DNA from: an uncultured Actinomycetota bacterium
GTDB lineage: Bacteria; Actinomycetota; Actinomycetes; JAHEKZ01
Assembly: GCA_963743915.1 (NCBI GenBank)
Contig: CAVURN010000005.1
Coordinates: 352,001 to 416,000, forward strand
DNA length: 64,000 nt
Reading direction: 5' to 3'
The first letter of the stretch is position 1, and each line of letters begins with the position of its first letter. The translations under genes and the position numbers were made by a program. The notes under the pieces are model-generated. The model did not search any database. It saw only the letters and a program-made list of their open reading frames with translations, and was not told the origin of the DNA. This document shows positions 10,706 to 21,489 of the stretch, piece after piece.

Positions 10706-11699
10706 TCAGTCGCCGACGGCGCGGCGGCTCGACTCACCGGTCGGCGCGTCCGAGCGTTCGACCGGCGGGGCCGCCTCGTGCTCCAGCAGGGCGTCGAGCT
10801 CGTCGAGCTGCACCTCCGCGGCGAGCAGGTCCTCCTCGCCCAGCCCGTCGTCCAGCAGTCGGCCCGACGTCCAGGCCCCCGGTGTGGTGAGGTCGATGAC
10901 CTTGATCGGTCGAACCGCCTTGGGGGCGGTCACGTAGGTCGGGAGCGGCAGTGGGTTCGGGGCCCACGCCTCGTCACCCTGCTCGACCGCCGCCGAGCCC
11001 GCGGACGCCGCGTGCCGCTTCGTCTCGACCGTGACGGCCCGCGACGGGCCGGACACGAACCCTGACGCGTCGGGGCGGTCCTCAGCCGGTGCCACCTCTC
11101 GGCGATCAGCCGTCGGGTTCCTCCGGTCGGTGCGCGCGTCGTCCCGCCGCGCAGCGTCCTTCGCCCGGAGCCCGCGGAGCCGGCCATCCGACGGCGCTGC
11201 TTCTGCAGAGCCTGGACGCGCAGGTGGACCACGAAGGCGACCAGCAGCACGACCACGACCAGCGGGTGCCCACCAGGGCACGGGGGTCAAGGGCGCTGCG
11301 AGCGCGAGGACCAGTGCGAGGGCCGCCAGCACCCCGAGGGTGCGGGCCCGACGCTGGGCGAGGGAACGGGGTGGGCGAGCCGGACGTTTGCGCGCAGCCG
11401 GACGCGGCTGTCGGCGGGGCGCCGGACCGCACGGGTCGCTCCGACCGCGGCTCGGGTCGAGGGCGCCGGGTCGGCACCGCGTCCTCGTGGCGGGTCGGCA
11501 CGGGCTCCTCCACGAGCTCCTGGCGGCGTCGGGCGTCCTGCGCGGCCTGCTCGCGGCGCGAGAGCACGCGCATCGCCTGCCCGAAGCGCTCGACCGAGCG
11601 GTTCTCGGAGGCGGTGTCGTGGTTGCGGAGCCACATCGGGATGAGGACGGCGGCCCACATCAGGGCGATCGCTGCATAGATCAGACCGCTTGCACTCAC
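10706..11699 (-). CDS. Divisome-associated SepX/GlpR-like membrane protein, frameshifted
   Basis: 'SGLIYAAIALMWAAVLIPMWLR...ERFGQAMRVLSRR', 'WAPNPLPLPTYVTAPKA', terminal 'RRAVGD'; conserved position before tRNA-Ala. Confidence 0.75.
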
Positions 11700-11832
11700 G
11701 GGACATCACGGTACGTGCGGGTCCGTTCACTTCTCGGTAACGCGGCCGGTGTGTCGGACCCTGGGTGTACGACGCAGAAGGTCGGGCGCAACGAGACCTG
11801 CCGGACGCACACTCGGCGCAGGGAGACCGAGG

Positions 11833-12436
11833 TCAGCTGAGTGGGAGGCGGGTGCGTCGCCAGCGCTCGGCCACGCCCTCGGGGATCTCGCCGGCCAGCA
11901 GCACGTAGACCCGGTGGTCGCGCCAGTCGCCGTCGATGTGCAGGTACGCCTCCCGGTCGCCCTCGTACCGGAACCCCAGCTTCTCGGCCACCCGGCGGCT
12001 CGGCATGTTCTCCGGCCGCATCGCGATCTCGATCCGGTGCAGCCGCAACGAGGCGAACGCGTGGTCGGTCGCCAGCGCCACCGCGGTCGGGATGATCCCC
12101 CGACCGGCGTGGTCGGCGCCGATCCAGTACCCGATGTGCGCCGCACGCAACGAGCCGTAGTGGACGCCTCCGACGGTCAGCTGCCCCACCAGCCGGCCGT
12201 GGTAGGTGACGACGAAGGGGAGCATGCGACCGGCACGGGCCTCGCGGCGCAGCCCGGCGACCATGCTGTGGAAGCCGACGGAGGGTTGGCGGGGGTCCGG
12301 GTTGGTCGCCTCCCACGGCCGCAGCCACTCGGCGCTCGCCGCCCTGACGTGGCGCCAGGCTGCCGGCATCCCGGTACCGGATCGGGCGCAGTCCGACCGG
12401 CCCCTCGGAGAGCGTGACCGGCCACCCCGTGGTCAG
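11833..12436 (-). CDS. RimJ/RimL-type GNAT acetyltransferase (start approximate, frameshift near 12365)
   Basis: 'GWPVTL..GPVGLRP', 'WLRPWEAT', 'IGYWI...AGRGI', 'LHRIEIAMRPENMPSRRVAEKLGF', 'HIDGDWRDH'. Confidence 0.85.
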
Positions 12437-12920
12437 TGGTCACCCCCGGCGAGCTGGTCGCGCACGTGGGCGAGCAGCGGCGCCACCACGGCGACGCCGT
12501 CCCGAGCGCCCCCCACCGATCCGGGAAGGTTCACCAGCAGCGTGCGCCCCGCGACCCCCGCGACGCCTCGCGACAGCACCGCCGTCGCGACGCCCGCGGA
12601 CTGTCCGGCGGTGCGGATCGCCTCGGCGATCCCCGGCACCTCACGGTCGAGGACGCGGCGCGTCGCCTCCGGCGTCCGGTCGTCGGGTGCGAGGCCGGTG
12701 CCGCCGGTGGTGAGAACGGCGTCGACGCCCGCGTCCACGGCGGCTCGCAGCACCCGCTCCAGCTCGTCCTCGTCGTCGGCGACCACCGTCGAGCGTCACG
12801 TCGCCGACGCCGAACGCGCGCAGCGCCTCCACGACCGCCGGCCCGCGAGCGGTCCTCGTACTCGTGCGCGGCGGCCCGGGTGGACACCGTCACGACGTGG
12901 ACCCGCAGTGCTCGCGTCAG
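12433..12920 (-). CDS. mogA: MogA/MoaB molybdopterin adenylyltransferase, frameshifted (start approximate)
   Basis: 'VTVSTRAA...YEDRS', '[19 protein letters not shown]', 'LSRGVAG...VNLPGS'. Confidence 0.8.
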
Positions 12921-13388
12921 GCACGGTGCCAGTCCCCGGACGCTCCCCCGGTCTTGGTGTCGACGTGCACCGCGTTCACCTCGGCGGCGGGGTCGACCGC
13001 CTTCACCATGTCGATCAGGGCCAGCGCCGCGACGGTGACGCAGGTGAGCGCCTCCATCTCGACGCCGGTGCGGTCCGCGGTGCGCACCGTCGCGCGCGAT
13101 CGCGACGTGGTCGTCGTGCACCTGCAGGTCGACGGCCACACCGTGGATGGCGATCGGATGGCACAGCGGCACGAGATCGGGCGTGCGCTTGGCTGCCTGG
13201 ATGCCCGCGATGCGCGCGACGGCCAGGGCGTCCCCCTTCGGCACGCCTGGACCGCGCAGCAGCTCGACCACCTCCGACGAGACGTCGACCCGTCCGGACG
13301 CCGTGGCCGTACGCACCGTGACGTCCTTGCCGGAGACGTCGACCATCCGCGCGGCGCCGCGCTCGTCGAGGTGGGTGAACTCGCTCAT
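12917..13388 (-). CDS. moaC: Cyclic pyranopterin monophosphate synthase MoaC, frameshift near 13095
   Basis: '[17 protein letters not shown]', 'PLCHPI', 'TGVEMEALT', 'DMVKAVD', 'KTGG'. Confidence 0.93.
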
Positions 13389-14611
13389 CCGGCGCGCCGC
13401 TCGAGCATGACCACCGTGACGGCGTCACCCGACGCCACGTGGGTGACGTCCTCGGGCACCGCGATCAGACAGTTGGCGCTGGCCAGTCCCGCGAGCAGGT
13501 GCGAACCGGAACCGCCGACAGGACGGACGACGTAGCGACCGTCCTCGACACCGAGGTCGCCCCGCAGGAACTGTCGCTTGCCGGACGGGGACTGCACGTT
13601 CTCCTTCAGCACCGCCCGCACCGTCGGGCGCTCGAGCGGCTCGAGCGCCTGCATCCGGCGGAGCACGGGGCGGACGAACATCTCGAACGAGACGAACGCC
13701 GAGACCGGGTTGCCCGGCAGGGTGAAGATCGGCGTGCTGTCCGGGCCGACGAACCCGAAGCCCTGCGGCATGCCGGGCTGCATGGCCACCTTCTCGAACG
13801 TGACACTCCCCATGCGTCCGAGCGCCTCCTTCACGACGTCGTAGGCGCCGACGCTGACCCCGCCGGTGGTGATCACCAGGTCGGCCCGGATCAGCTGGTC
13901 CTCGATCGTGGTGATCAGGGTCTTCGGGTCGTCCGGCACGAAGCCGACGCGGTAGGCGGTGGCCCCTGCAGCGTTGGCGGCGGCCGCGCAGCATGAAGCT
14001 GTTGGAGTCCGGGATCTTGCCGCCGGCGATCGGGTCGCCCGGCTCGACCAGCTCGCTGCCGGTCGACATCACCACGACGCGCGGACGCGGACGCACCAGC
14101 ACCCGCGCGCGACCGACCGCCGCCAGCAGCGCGAGCTGGGCCGGGCCGAGCCGCGTCCCTGACGGGGACGACGACGTCACCCTGACGCGCGTCCTCGCCC
14201 TGGGAGCGCACGTAGGCGTCCCGCTGCGGAGCCCGTCGGATGGACGACCTCGACGATGTCGCCGTCGGTCCACTCGACCGGGACGACCGCGTCCGCACCC
14301 GAAGGCATCGGTCCCCCCGTCATGATCCGCGCACACTGTCCTGGGGAGACGGCGAGGGCGCCGGAGTACCCGGCAGGGATGTCGCCCACCACCGGCAGCA
14401 TCACCGGCGACGACTCCGAAGCGCCCGCGACGTCGTCGGTGCGGACGGCATAGCCGTCCATGGACGAGTTGGTGAACGGCGGCAGGTCCCACGTGGCCGC
14501 GACGTCCTCGCTGAGCGTGCAGCCGTGGGCGTCGAGCAGGCGGAGCTCGAGCGGGGAGAGCGTGTCGATGTTCGCCAGGCAGTCCGCGAGGTGCTGGTCG
14601 ACGGACTTCAT
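13385..14611 (-). CDS. moeA: Molybdopterin molybdotransferase MoeA (glp), frameshifted
   Basis: '[12 protein letters not shown]', '[20 protein letters not shown]', 'STGSEL', 'TTGGVSVG', 'MQPG', 'LPGNPVS'. Confidence 0.92.
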
Positions 14612-15534
14612 GAGGCCGCCTGATCTCCTGCGCCGCGCTCCTGCTCGCGCACGAACTCCGCGAGCCACGCGCGGAACTCCGGCCCAGGTCCTCCCGCTCG
14701 CTGGCCAGCCGGACGACCGCCTTGAGGTAGTCGGCGCGGTCGCCGGTGTCGTAGCGGCGGCCGCGGAAGACCACGCCGTGCACGACGCCTCCCGCGTCCG
14801 CCGGCATGCCGGCCAGCGTCTCCAGCGCGTCGGTCAGCTGGATCTCGCCCCCGCGTCCGGGAGGCGTGTCGCGCAGCACGTCGAAGACCGCCGGGTGCAG
14901 CACGTAGCGACCGATGACGGCGAGGTTGCTCGGCGCCTCGTCGGCCGGCGGCTTCTCGACCAGACCGGTGACGGCGAACACGTCCTCGTCGTCGGTGGCG
15001 GTGACCGCCGCGCAGCCGTAGAGGTGGATCTGGTGCCGCGGCACCTCCATCAGCGCGACCACCGACCCGCCGCGGGTCGCCTGCACCTCGATCATGCGGG
15101 CGAGCAGCGGGTCGCGCTCGTCGATCAGGTCGTCGCCGAGCAGCACGGCGAACGGCTCGGCCCCGACGTGCTGCGGCAGCGACGAGCACCGCGTGCCCGA
15201 GCCCGCGGGGATCTCCCTGACGGACGTAGTGGATCTGCGCCAGGTTCGTCGACTCCTGCACGCGGGCCAGGCGGTCCGTGTCGCCCTTGGCCTCCAGGGC
15301 GAGCTCGAGCTCGACGTTGCGGTCGAAGTGGTCCTCGATCGCCGTCTTGTTGCGGCCGGTGACCATCAGCACGTCGGACAGGCCGGCCGCGACGGCCTCC
15401 TCGACGACGTACTGGATGGCCGGCTTGTCGACGACCGGCAGCATCTCCTTGGGCACCGACTTCGTCGCCGGAAGGAAGCGTGTGCCCAGCCCGGCAACCG
15501 GGATCACGGCCTTGGTGGGGCGTCCTGTGCTCAT
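14608..15534 (-). CDS. galU: UTP--glucose-1-phosphate uridylyltransferase, frameshifted
   Basis: '[29 protein letters not shown]', 'GLGHAV', 'VEKP', 'GEIQLTDA', 'RYDTGD'. Confidence 0.95.
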   Translation of the reverse strand: MSTGRPTKAVIPVAGLGTRFLPATKSVPKEMLPVVDKPAIQYVVEEAVAAGLSDVLMVTGRNKTAIEDHFDRNVELELALEAKGDTDRLARVQESTNLAQIHYVRQGDPRGLGHAVLVAAAARRGRAVRRAARRRPDRRARPAARPHDRGAGDPRRVGGRADGGAAAPDPPLRLRGGHRHRRRGRVRRHRSGREAAGRRGAEQPRRHRSLRAAPGGLRRAARHASRTRGRDPADRRAGDAGRHAGGRGRRRARRGLPRPPLRHRRPRRLPQGGRPAGQRAGGPGPEFRAWLAEFVREQERGAGDQAAS

Positions 15535-15543
15535 GCCCCGAAT

Positions 15544-17526
15544 CTATCGGTCCGACGCCGTCCCGGCGCTGACCGCCATGACCCACCGGTCACGCCCTGC
15601 ACCCTTGGCCTGGTACAGAGCGCGGTCGGCCGCTCTGAGCAACGTCGCCGAGGTCGTCCCCTGCTCCGGGTAGACCGACCCGCCGATGGACACCGTGACG
15701 TGCAGCGGCGACTCCCCTTCGTCACCGTCGAAGGGAGTCGAGCGGATCGCCGAGCAGATGCGCTCGGCGAGGTTCTGGGCACCGGCCGCGGACGTCTCCG
15801 GCAGCACCACCACGAACTCCTCGCCGCCGTACCGCGCCAGGACGTCGACCTCACGGATCTCCCGGCCCACCCTGGACGCGAACTCGCGGAGGACCGCGTC
15901 CCCCCGCTGGTGGCCGTACGTGTCGTTCACGGCCTTGAACAGGTCGAGGTCGAGCATGAGCACCGACAGCGACCGTTGGAACCGATTGGCGCGTTCGACC
16001 TCGCGGTTGAGGCTGGACATCAGGAAGCGGAAGTTGGCGACCCCGGTGAGCGGGTCGATCGTCGACGCGTGTGTCGCCTCGGCATGCAGCATCACGTTCT
16101 CGACCGCGATCGACACCGGCCCCGCCAGCGCCTGGAGTGAGGACTCCGCGGCTGCGTCGAAGCCCGGCTGGCTCTCGCCCGCGAAGAGGGCGATGACCCC
16201 GAAGACGTGCGGGGGTCGTCGCAGCGGCACCGCGACCACCTGGCCCTGCTGCGGCTCGTTGCTGCCGGGCGTCAGCTCAGGGCTGGAACCGATGCGCCCG
16301 CGCACCGACAGCCCGGACGCCGCGACGGAGCCGAGCAGTCCCTCGCCGGGCATCACCGCGTCCGGCACCGCCAGACCCCGGGTGTGCATGCCGTGCTGCG
16401 CGTGGACGGTCAGCCCGCCGTTCTCGTCGCCGAGCAGTACGAGGCCGGCGCCGGCACCCGTGGTGGTCATCGCCGTCTCGAGGATCACTGGCATCAGCGT
16501 GTCGAGGTCGAGCGTGGCCGAGAGGGCGTCACCGAGCCGGTCGAGGCTGGCCCGTGCCGCGTCCCGGCTGTCCTCCAGCTCGGTGACGTAGGTCAGCAGC
16601 TCGTCGGTCATGTGGTTGAACGCGCGCGCCAGTCGACCGACCTCGTCAGCCCGCCGAACCTCGATCGACTTGGTGAGGTCACCTGACGCGACGGCCTCGG
16701 CGGCGTCCGTGACCTCCTCGAGCGGGCCGGTGAGGTCGCGGGCGATGACGACCGCCGCGACGACGGCGACCACGAGCGCGACCAGCGCGACCAGCACGAC
16801 CACCTGCATCAGCGCTCCGCTGGTCGGGGTCGGCGTCGCGACCACGACGTCGAAGGGCATGCCTGCGGTGGCATGTGCGATGGCTGCGGTGATCCCGTCC
16901 TGGTCGACCAGCTGAGAATCGGTGCCCGAGTTCGCGACCAGGTCAGCAGCGAGTGACAGGTCGGTCTCCGGCGCCGACGTGCTGGCGATCAGCGCGCCGT
17001 CGCGCAGCAGCGCGATGTCGCCGGTGAAGCCCAGCCGCTTCCGCAGGTCGTCCAGGTAGGCGGCGTCGACGGTGATGGAGGTGCGGATCTCCGCAAGATC
17101 GGGGCGTCCGTCGACGACCACCTGCAGCCCGGTCGTGACGGCCGCTCCTCCCGTCTCGTTGCTGGCGCAGCTGCTCCACGGGTCGGTGATCAGGACCGAT
17201 GGCAGTCGCCCGGCGGACGCGACCAGCCCGCCGCGTCCGTCGACGACCGCCACCCAGTCGGCCAGCCCGTCGTTCACCGCGGTGCGCGTCGCGTCCCCCG
17301 GGGACGTCGAGGCCACCCCACGACCCACCACGACAGCAGCGGTGGCCACCGCGTCGCACTGCCGGGTCAGGTCGTCGACGACCGCGGAGCGCGTCCCGAG
17401 CACCAGGGAGTCAGCACGGTCGCCTGCCGCGCGTGGGACGGTGTAGGTCACGAGGACGGCGGCCGCGACCAGCGGAACCAGCACCAGTGCCACCAGCACC
17501 AGTGCGAGTCGGGTTCGCAGCCTCAT
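15544..17526 (-). CDS. Membrane diguanylate cyclase (TM-sensor-TM-HAMP-GAF-GGDEF)
   Basis: Likely start MRLRTRL at 17526; HAMP 'RADEVGRLARAFNHM'; 'DPLTG', 'DLDLFKAVNDTYGH', I-site REVD followed by 'YGGEEF'. Confidence 0.92.
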   Translation of the reverse strand: MRLRTRLALVLVALVLVPLVAAAVLVTYTVPRAAGDRADSLVLGTRSAVVDDLTRQCDAVATAAVVVGRGVASTSPGDATRTAVNDGLADWVAVVDGRGGLVASAGRLPSVLITDPWSSCASNETGGAAVTTGLQVVVDGRPDLAEIRTSITVDAAYLDDLRKRLGFTGDIALLRDGALIASTSAPETDLSLAADLVANSGTDSQLVDQDGITAAIAHATAGMPFDVVVATPTPTSGALMQVVVLVALVALVVAVVAAVVIARDLTGPLEEVTDAAEAVASGDLTKSIEVRRADEVGRLARAFNHMTDELLTYVTELEDSRDAARASLDRLGDALSATLDLDTLMPVILETAMTTTGAGAGLVLLGDENGGLTVHAQHGMHTRGLAVPDAVMPGEGLLGSVAASGLSVRGRIGSSPELTPGSNEPQQGQVVAVPLRRPPHVFGVIALFAGESQPGFDAAAESSLQALAGPVSIAVENVMLHAEATHASTIDPLTGVANFRFLMSSLNREVERANRFQRSLSVLMLDLDLFKAVNDTYGHQRGDAVLREFASRVGREIREVDVLARYGGEEFVVVLPETSAAGAQNLAERICSAIRSTPFDGDEGESPLHVTVSIGGSVYPEQGTTSATLLRAADRALYQAKGAGRDRWVMAVSAGTASDR

Positions 17527-17616
17527 CGTTCCTCCCCGCTCATCATCGGGGGATGGCGCTCCGGACAATAGGTCCAGAATGATGCGGTGACCCATTTGGA
17601 GCAGCCCGAGGAGACC

Positions 17617-18181
17617 ATGCCGACGCCACCCGACCCTGACGCACGAGGGGACAAGAAGGAGCTGCGGGCCGCCGTCCGGGCTCGTCGCGCACAGCGGTCC
17701 CCCGAGGACCAGGCCGCTTTCGCCGAGGCCCTCGCCCAGCTGGCAGCCGCCCGAGGGCACCCGACGCGTCGCGCTGTTCCTCGGCGTCGGTGACGAGCCG
17801 GACACCGGTCCGCTGATCGCGGCGCTGCACGCCCGCGGAGTCGAGGTGATCGTGCCGATCACCCTCGACGACTTCTCCCTCGACTGGGCGGTCTACACCG
17901 GTCCCGACGAGCTCGCCGACGGACGGTTCGGCCTGCGCGAACCGACCGGCCCCCGCCTGGGGCACGCGGCCATCGGCTCAGCCGACGTGGTGCTCGTGCC
18001 AGGGCTGTCGGTGGACGCCGAGGGACGCCGGCTCGGTCAGGGCGCCGGCTGCTACGACCGCTCCCTTCCCTTCGTCTCGGCCACCACCCCCGTCCTCGCC
18101 GTGGTCTTCCCCGATGAGCGGGTCGAAGGCCCGCTGCCGGAGGAGCCCCACGACCGAAGGGTCGACGGCGTCCTGCCGTAA
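17617..18181 (+). CDS. 5-formyltetrahydrofolate cyclo-ligase, frameshifted
   Basis: 'KKELRAAVRARR', 'GRFGLREP', 'LVPGLSVDAEGRRLGQGAGCYDR', 'EPHDRRVD'. Confidence 0.88.
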
Positions 18182-18330
18182 CAGCCGAGTGCGCCCAGCA
18201 GCCGAGTGCGGCGCTGGATGATGGCGGAGCCAGTCGGTTGCGCCCAGCGCACTCGACGCAGCGGAGCGTCATCCAGCACCGCACTCGGCGGGCTGTGACG
18301 TCCACCAGCCCAGCACTCGGCAGGCTGTGT
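18181..18330. repeat. REP-like palindromic cluster between convergent genes
   Basis: 21-bp inverted repeat 18201-18221 / 18269-18289 (one mismatch), plus further CGAGTGC/GCACTCG copies near 18185, 18249 and 18313. Confidence 0.65.
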
Positions 18331-18339
18331 GTCGCCCCG

Positions 18340-20928
18340 CTACTGACGTGGTTCCAGGACCAGCGTCTGCGTCGCGGCGGCCGTGGCATCCGCCGAGTAC
18401 GGCCACGGATACGTGTCACCGGTCAGCCACGCGTCGACCTGGTCCGCGTAGTGCGGGTCGAACACGTGACCGCTCTGGCCGGTGAGGTGGACCCACCGGG
18501 AGGCGTCGAGATCGCTGAGGTCCACGACCATGCGCATCGACGGCACCCAGTTCACCTCGTACCCCTCGGCGGCGTTCCAGCCGGTGGCGTTGACGATCCC
18601 GTCACCGCCCGGGGTGGCCAACGGGCCTCGGTTGAACAACGCCTCGAGTGGGCCGACGCCGCTGCTGCCGAAGGTCTGATGGGTGAGCTCCAGCTGGTGC
18701 AGGTCACCCCACCGCCACTCGGTGGGGTCGTTCCCGAGCCGTTCGGTGAGCTCGGCGTCAGCGTCCTGCATCGCGGCCACGATGATCTCGTCGGCGAACT
18801 CGACGTCCTCGGTGGTCGCGTCGTCCCACCAACGCGACCACGGGTCGGTCAACAGCTCGCGCATCACCTCGAACCAGCGGTCGCTGCCGTCCGGGCGCAG
18901 GTCACCGGTCAGCTCGTCGTGGAACACCCGGGCCAGCAGGTGACGCCACACTGCGTTGTAGTAGGCGGCGGGCGCCGAGTCGACGGGTTGGTCGAACTGC
19001 CAGCCCTCGAGCAGAGCCTGTGCCTCCGCTGTGTCTGCGTCCACGTCGACGTCGAGCAGGTGCGGGACGAGCGTGGGCGCGAAGCCGTTGGTGGTGTCGG
19101 TCATCAGCGCCGCCGCTGAGGCGGGAGTGAGCGGATCCGACCGCTCGATCAGGTCGATCAGACGTTGACTGCGGTAGCCGTACGACCAGTCACGCGTCAG
19201 CAGGTACGGGTACTCGGGTCCGACCACTGCCTGGTTCGCGGCGACGATGTACTGCTCCGGCGGGTCGAGCGTCCAGGGCAGCTGACCGAACGGGATGTAG
19301 CGCGACCAGCCGTAGGAGGTGTTCCATCCCGGCACCGGAGAGGTGCCGTCCCCGCCGATGCGCACCGGGATGTTGCCGGGCATCTGGTAGCCGATGTGAC
19401 CGTCGACGTCGGCGTAGAGCATGTTCTGGCTGGGCACCTCGAAGGATGTCGCGGCCAACCGGAAGTCGGCGAAGTCGCGCGCCGCGTTCAGCTGCAGGAT
19501 CGCGTCGGCGGTCCGTCCCGGCTCGAGGGCGGTCCATTGCAGGGCGATCGCGACCTCGTCGGCGTCGGCCGGGAGGTCGGCGGGGCTGAAGGTGTCCTCG
19601 ACCAGCCGCAGGTGCTCGTCGCTCACGTCGGAGATGAGCGGTCCCCAGTCGGTGGAACGCACCCGGATCTCCTGGGCATCACCGCCGGCCACCTCGATGG
19701 TCTCGACGCGCTCGTCGAGCGGGACGAGACGCCCGCCGCGGACGTAGCGGTCGCCGTTGAGCGCTTCGTACGCGAGGTCGGTGACGTCCGAGCCGTTGTT
19801 GGTGAAGCCCCAGGCGATGCGGTCGTTGTGACCGATGATGACGCCCGGCAGCCCCGAGAACGTGAAGCCACCGACGTCGTAGGGGCAGGCCGCGTCCACC
19901 ACGCGACAGCGAAGGTTCGCCTGGTACCAGATGCCGGGAAGGCTGGGCGCGAGGTGCGGGTCGTTCGCGAGCAGTGCGCCTCCCGACTCCGTCCGGTCAC
20001 CGGTGACCGCGAAGGAGTTCGAACCCACGCCGGGGCCGTACGCACCGAGCCACGCATCCAGGCGCTCGGCACCGGTGCGCGCCGCCAGCAGCGCAGACCG
20101 GACCGGTGGTGACGCTGCGACGGCCGGCGCTCGCTCGAGGACAGGTCCTGGTCGCCACCGACCATCGGTCAGGCTGCCCTGAGGCACGATCACGTCGTGC
20201 CGGGCGTAGGGGTACGGCGGGTAGAGGTCGTCGACCAGGGAGCGCACCGTGGGCACGAGCAGAGCTCGGTCGGTCTCCTCCTCGAGATTGCCGCGCAGAT
20301 CCCAAGCCATGGCTTTGAGCCAGGCAACCGAGTCGGCCGGCGTCCAGGGGTCGATGGTGTACCCGCGGGCGGTGAGCCCGAGCACCGCGTACTCCAGGCT
20401 CACCTCGGTGTCGTCGTGCGTGTCGAGGTAGGCGTTCACCCCCGACGCGTAGGCAGTGAGAGCTTCGAGCGTCTCCGGTGTGAGCAGGTCGAGCTCCTGC
20501 TCGGCGATCCGCCTCCAGCCCAACGTGCGGACGAACGCATCGGTCTCGACCTGATCGGCACCGAACATCTCCGAGAGGCGGCCGGCGGTGATGTGCCGCC
20601 GGACATCCATCTCCCAGAAACGGTCCTGCGCATGCACGTATCCCTGCGCGAAGAAGAGGTCGTCGCTCGTCTCCGCCACGATCGTGGGGACGCCGCGCGC
20701 ATCCCGTTGCACCTCGACCGGTGCACCGAGCCCTTCCACCCGCAGCTCACCCTCGGTCTGGGGCAACGACCGCTGCACCAGCCAACCGCCCACGGCGGTT
20801 CCGGCGATCAGCGCGAGAGCGAGCAGTCCGGCCAGCAGCGCCAGAACGGTCGCACCCCACCGCGGCCGCGACCGCCGGCGACGTCCGGGGCCGGAGCCTC
20901 GCGCGTCGAGCACCTCCGCCTCTGACAC
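18340..20928 (-). CDS. Penicillin acylase family (S45 Ntn-hydrolase), N-terminal membrane anchor
   Basis: 'AQGYVHAQDRFWEMD', catalytic 'GSNSFAV', 'LANDPHL', 'GQSGH'. Confidence 0.93.
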   Translation of the reverse strand: MSEAEVLDARGSGPGRRRRSRPRWGATVLALLAGLLALALIAGTAVGGWLVQRSLPQTEGELRVEGLGAPVEVQRDARGVPTIVAETSDDLFFAQGYVHAQDRFWEMDVRRHITAGRLSEMFGADQVETDAFVRTLGWRRIAEQELDLLTPETLEALTAYASGVNAYLDTHDDTEVSLEYAVLGLTARGYTIDPWTPADSVAWLKAMAWDLRGNLEEETDRALLVPTVRSLVDDLYPPYPYARHDVIVPQGSLTDGRWRPGPVLERAPAVAASPPVRSALLAARTGAERLDAWLGAYGPGVGSNSFAVTGDRTESGGALLANDPHLAPSLPGIWYQANLRCRVVDAACPYDVGGFTFSGLPGVIIGHNDRIAWGFTNNGSDVTDLAYEALNGDRYVRGGRLVPLDERVETIEVAGGDAQEIRVRSTDWGPLISDVSDEHLRLVEDTFSPADLPADADEVAIALQWTALEPGRTADAILQLNAARDFADFRLAATSFEVPSQNMLYADVDGHIGYQMPGNIPVRIGGDGTSPVPGWNTSYGWSRYIPFGQLPWTLDPPEQYIVAANQAVVGPEYPYLLTRDWSYGYRSQRLIDLIERSDPLTPASAAALMTDTTNGFAPTLVPHLLDVDVDADTAEAQALLEGWQFDQPVDSAPAAYYNAVWRHLLARVFHDELTGDLRPDGSDRWFEVMRELLTDPWSRWWDDATTEDVEFADEIIVAAMQDADAELTERLGNDPTEWRWGDLHQLELTHQTFGSSGVGPLEALFNRGPLATPGGDGIVNATGWNAAEGYEVNWVPSMRMVVDLSDLDASRWVHLTGQSGHVFDPHYADQVDAWLTGDTYPWPYSADATAAATQTLVLEPRQ

Positions 20929-20966
20929 GACGGTGACGCTACCTGCCCCCAGCTTCGTCCCAGCGG

Positions 20967-21320
20967 CTACGCCTCTCCCGGCTCATGGGAGCCGACGTAG
21001 TGCACGACGGCGACGTCCTCGAGCAGGACGATCCCGCCCTTGACCACCTCGGTCACCGCGGGCAGGAAGGCCCGGATCTTGGCGTCCTCGTCGATGATCG
21101 TGATCACCACCGGAAGGTCGTGCGAGAGCGAGACCAGGCGGCTGGTGTGCACGAGGGAACGGCGACCGTAGCTCTCGACGCCGCGCACGACCGTGGCACC
21201 GGCGAGCCCCGCCTCCCGCGCCCGGATCACCACCTCGGTGTAGACGGGTCGGTGGACGTGCACGTCGTCCTCACCCACGATCACCGTCAGCTTGAGGGCG
21301 TGGCCACTGAGCTCGGTCAC
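20967..21320 (-). CDS. DUF190 (PII-like) protein
   Basis: GTG at 21320 after GAGGAGG; 'GLAGATVVRGVESYG', 'LSHDLPVVITIID'. Confidence 0.85.
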   Translation of the reverse strand: MTELSGHALKLTVIVGEDDVHVHRPVYTEVVIRAREAGLAGATVVRGVESYGRRSLVHTSRLVSLSHDLPVVITIIDEDAKIRAFLPAVTEVVKGGIVLLEDVAVVHYVGSHEPGEA

Positions 21321-21441
21321 CGCAGTCCTCCTCTCGCCGACCCGACGACGGAACGTCGTGAAGCCTCCCACGGATCGGTCGGCCCGGAGTGGACGTGGAG
21401 AGTGGGGGCTCGGCGGACACAGCCCGCCGCGAGGGGTAGAC

Positions 21442-21468
21442 TTGGCACTCACCAGGGGAGAGTGCCAA
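21442..21468. promoter_or_regulatory. CIRCE element (HrcA operator)
   Basis: TTGGCACTC-N9-GAGTGCCAA, matching consensus TTAGCACTC-N9-GAGTGCTAA. Confidence 0.88.
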
Positions 21469-21489
21469 CCCCGTCCCGAAGGAGCGTTC

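Noticed and set aside
10557-10937. ORF 'MELRGFEPLTPSLRTRCAT...'
   Set aside because: Antisense translation of tRNA-Ala, a classic spurious ORF.
3166-15534. Mass pseudogenisation or programmed frameshifting
   Set aside because: Indels hit conserved housekeeping genes while motifs on either side stay intact, which is typical of long-read consensus errors.
18181-18330. CRISPR array
   Set aside because: Repeats are short, in both orientations and irregularly spaced; no cas genes.
21320-21440. Fluoride riboswitch upstream of DUF190
   Set aside because: No GGCGATGG...CGCC-type aptamer core is recognisable on the minus strand.
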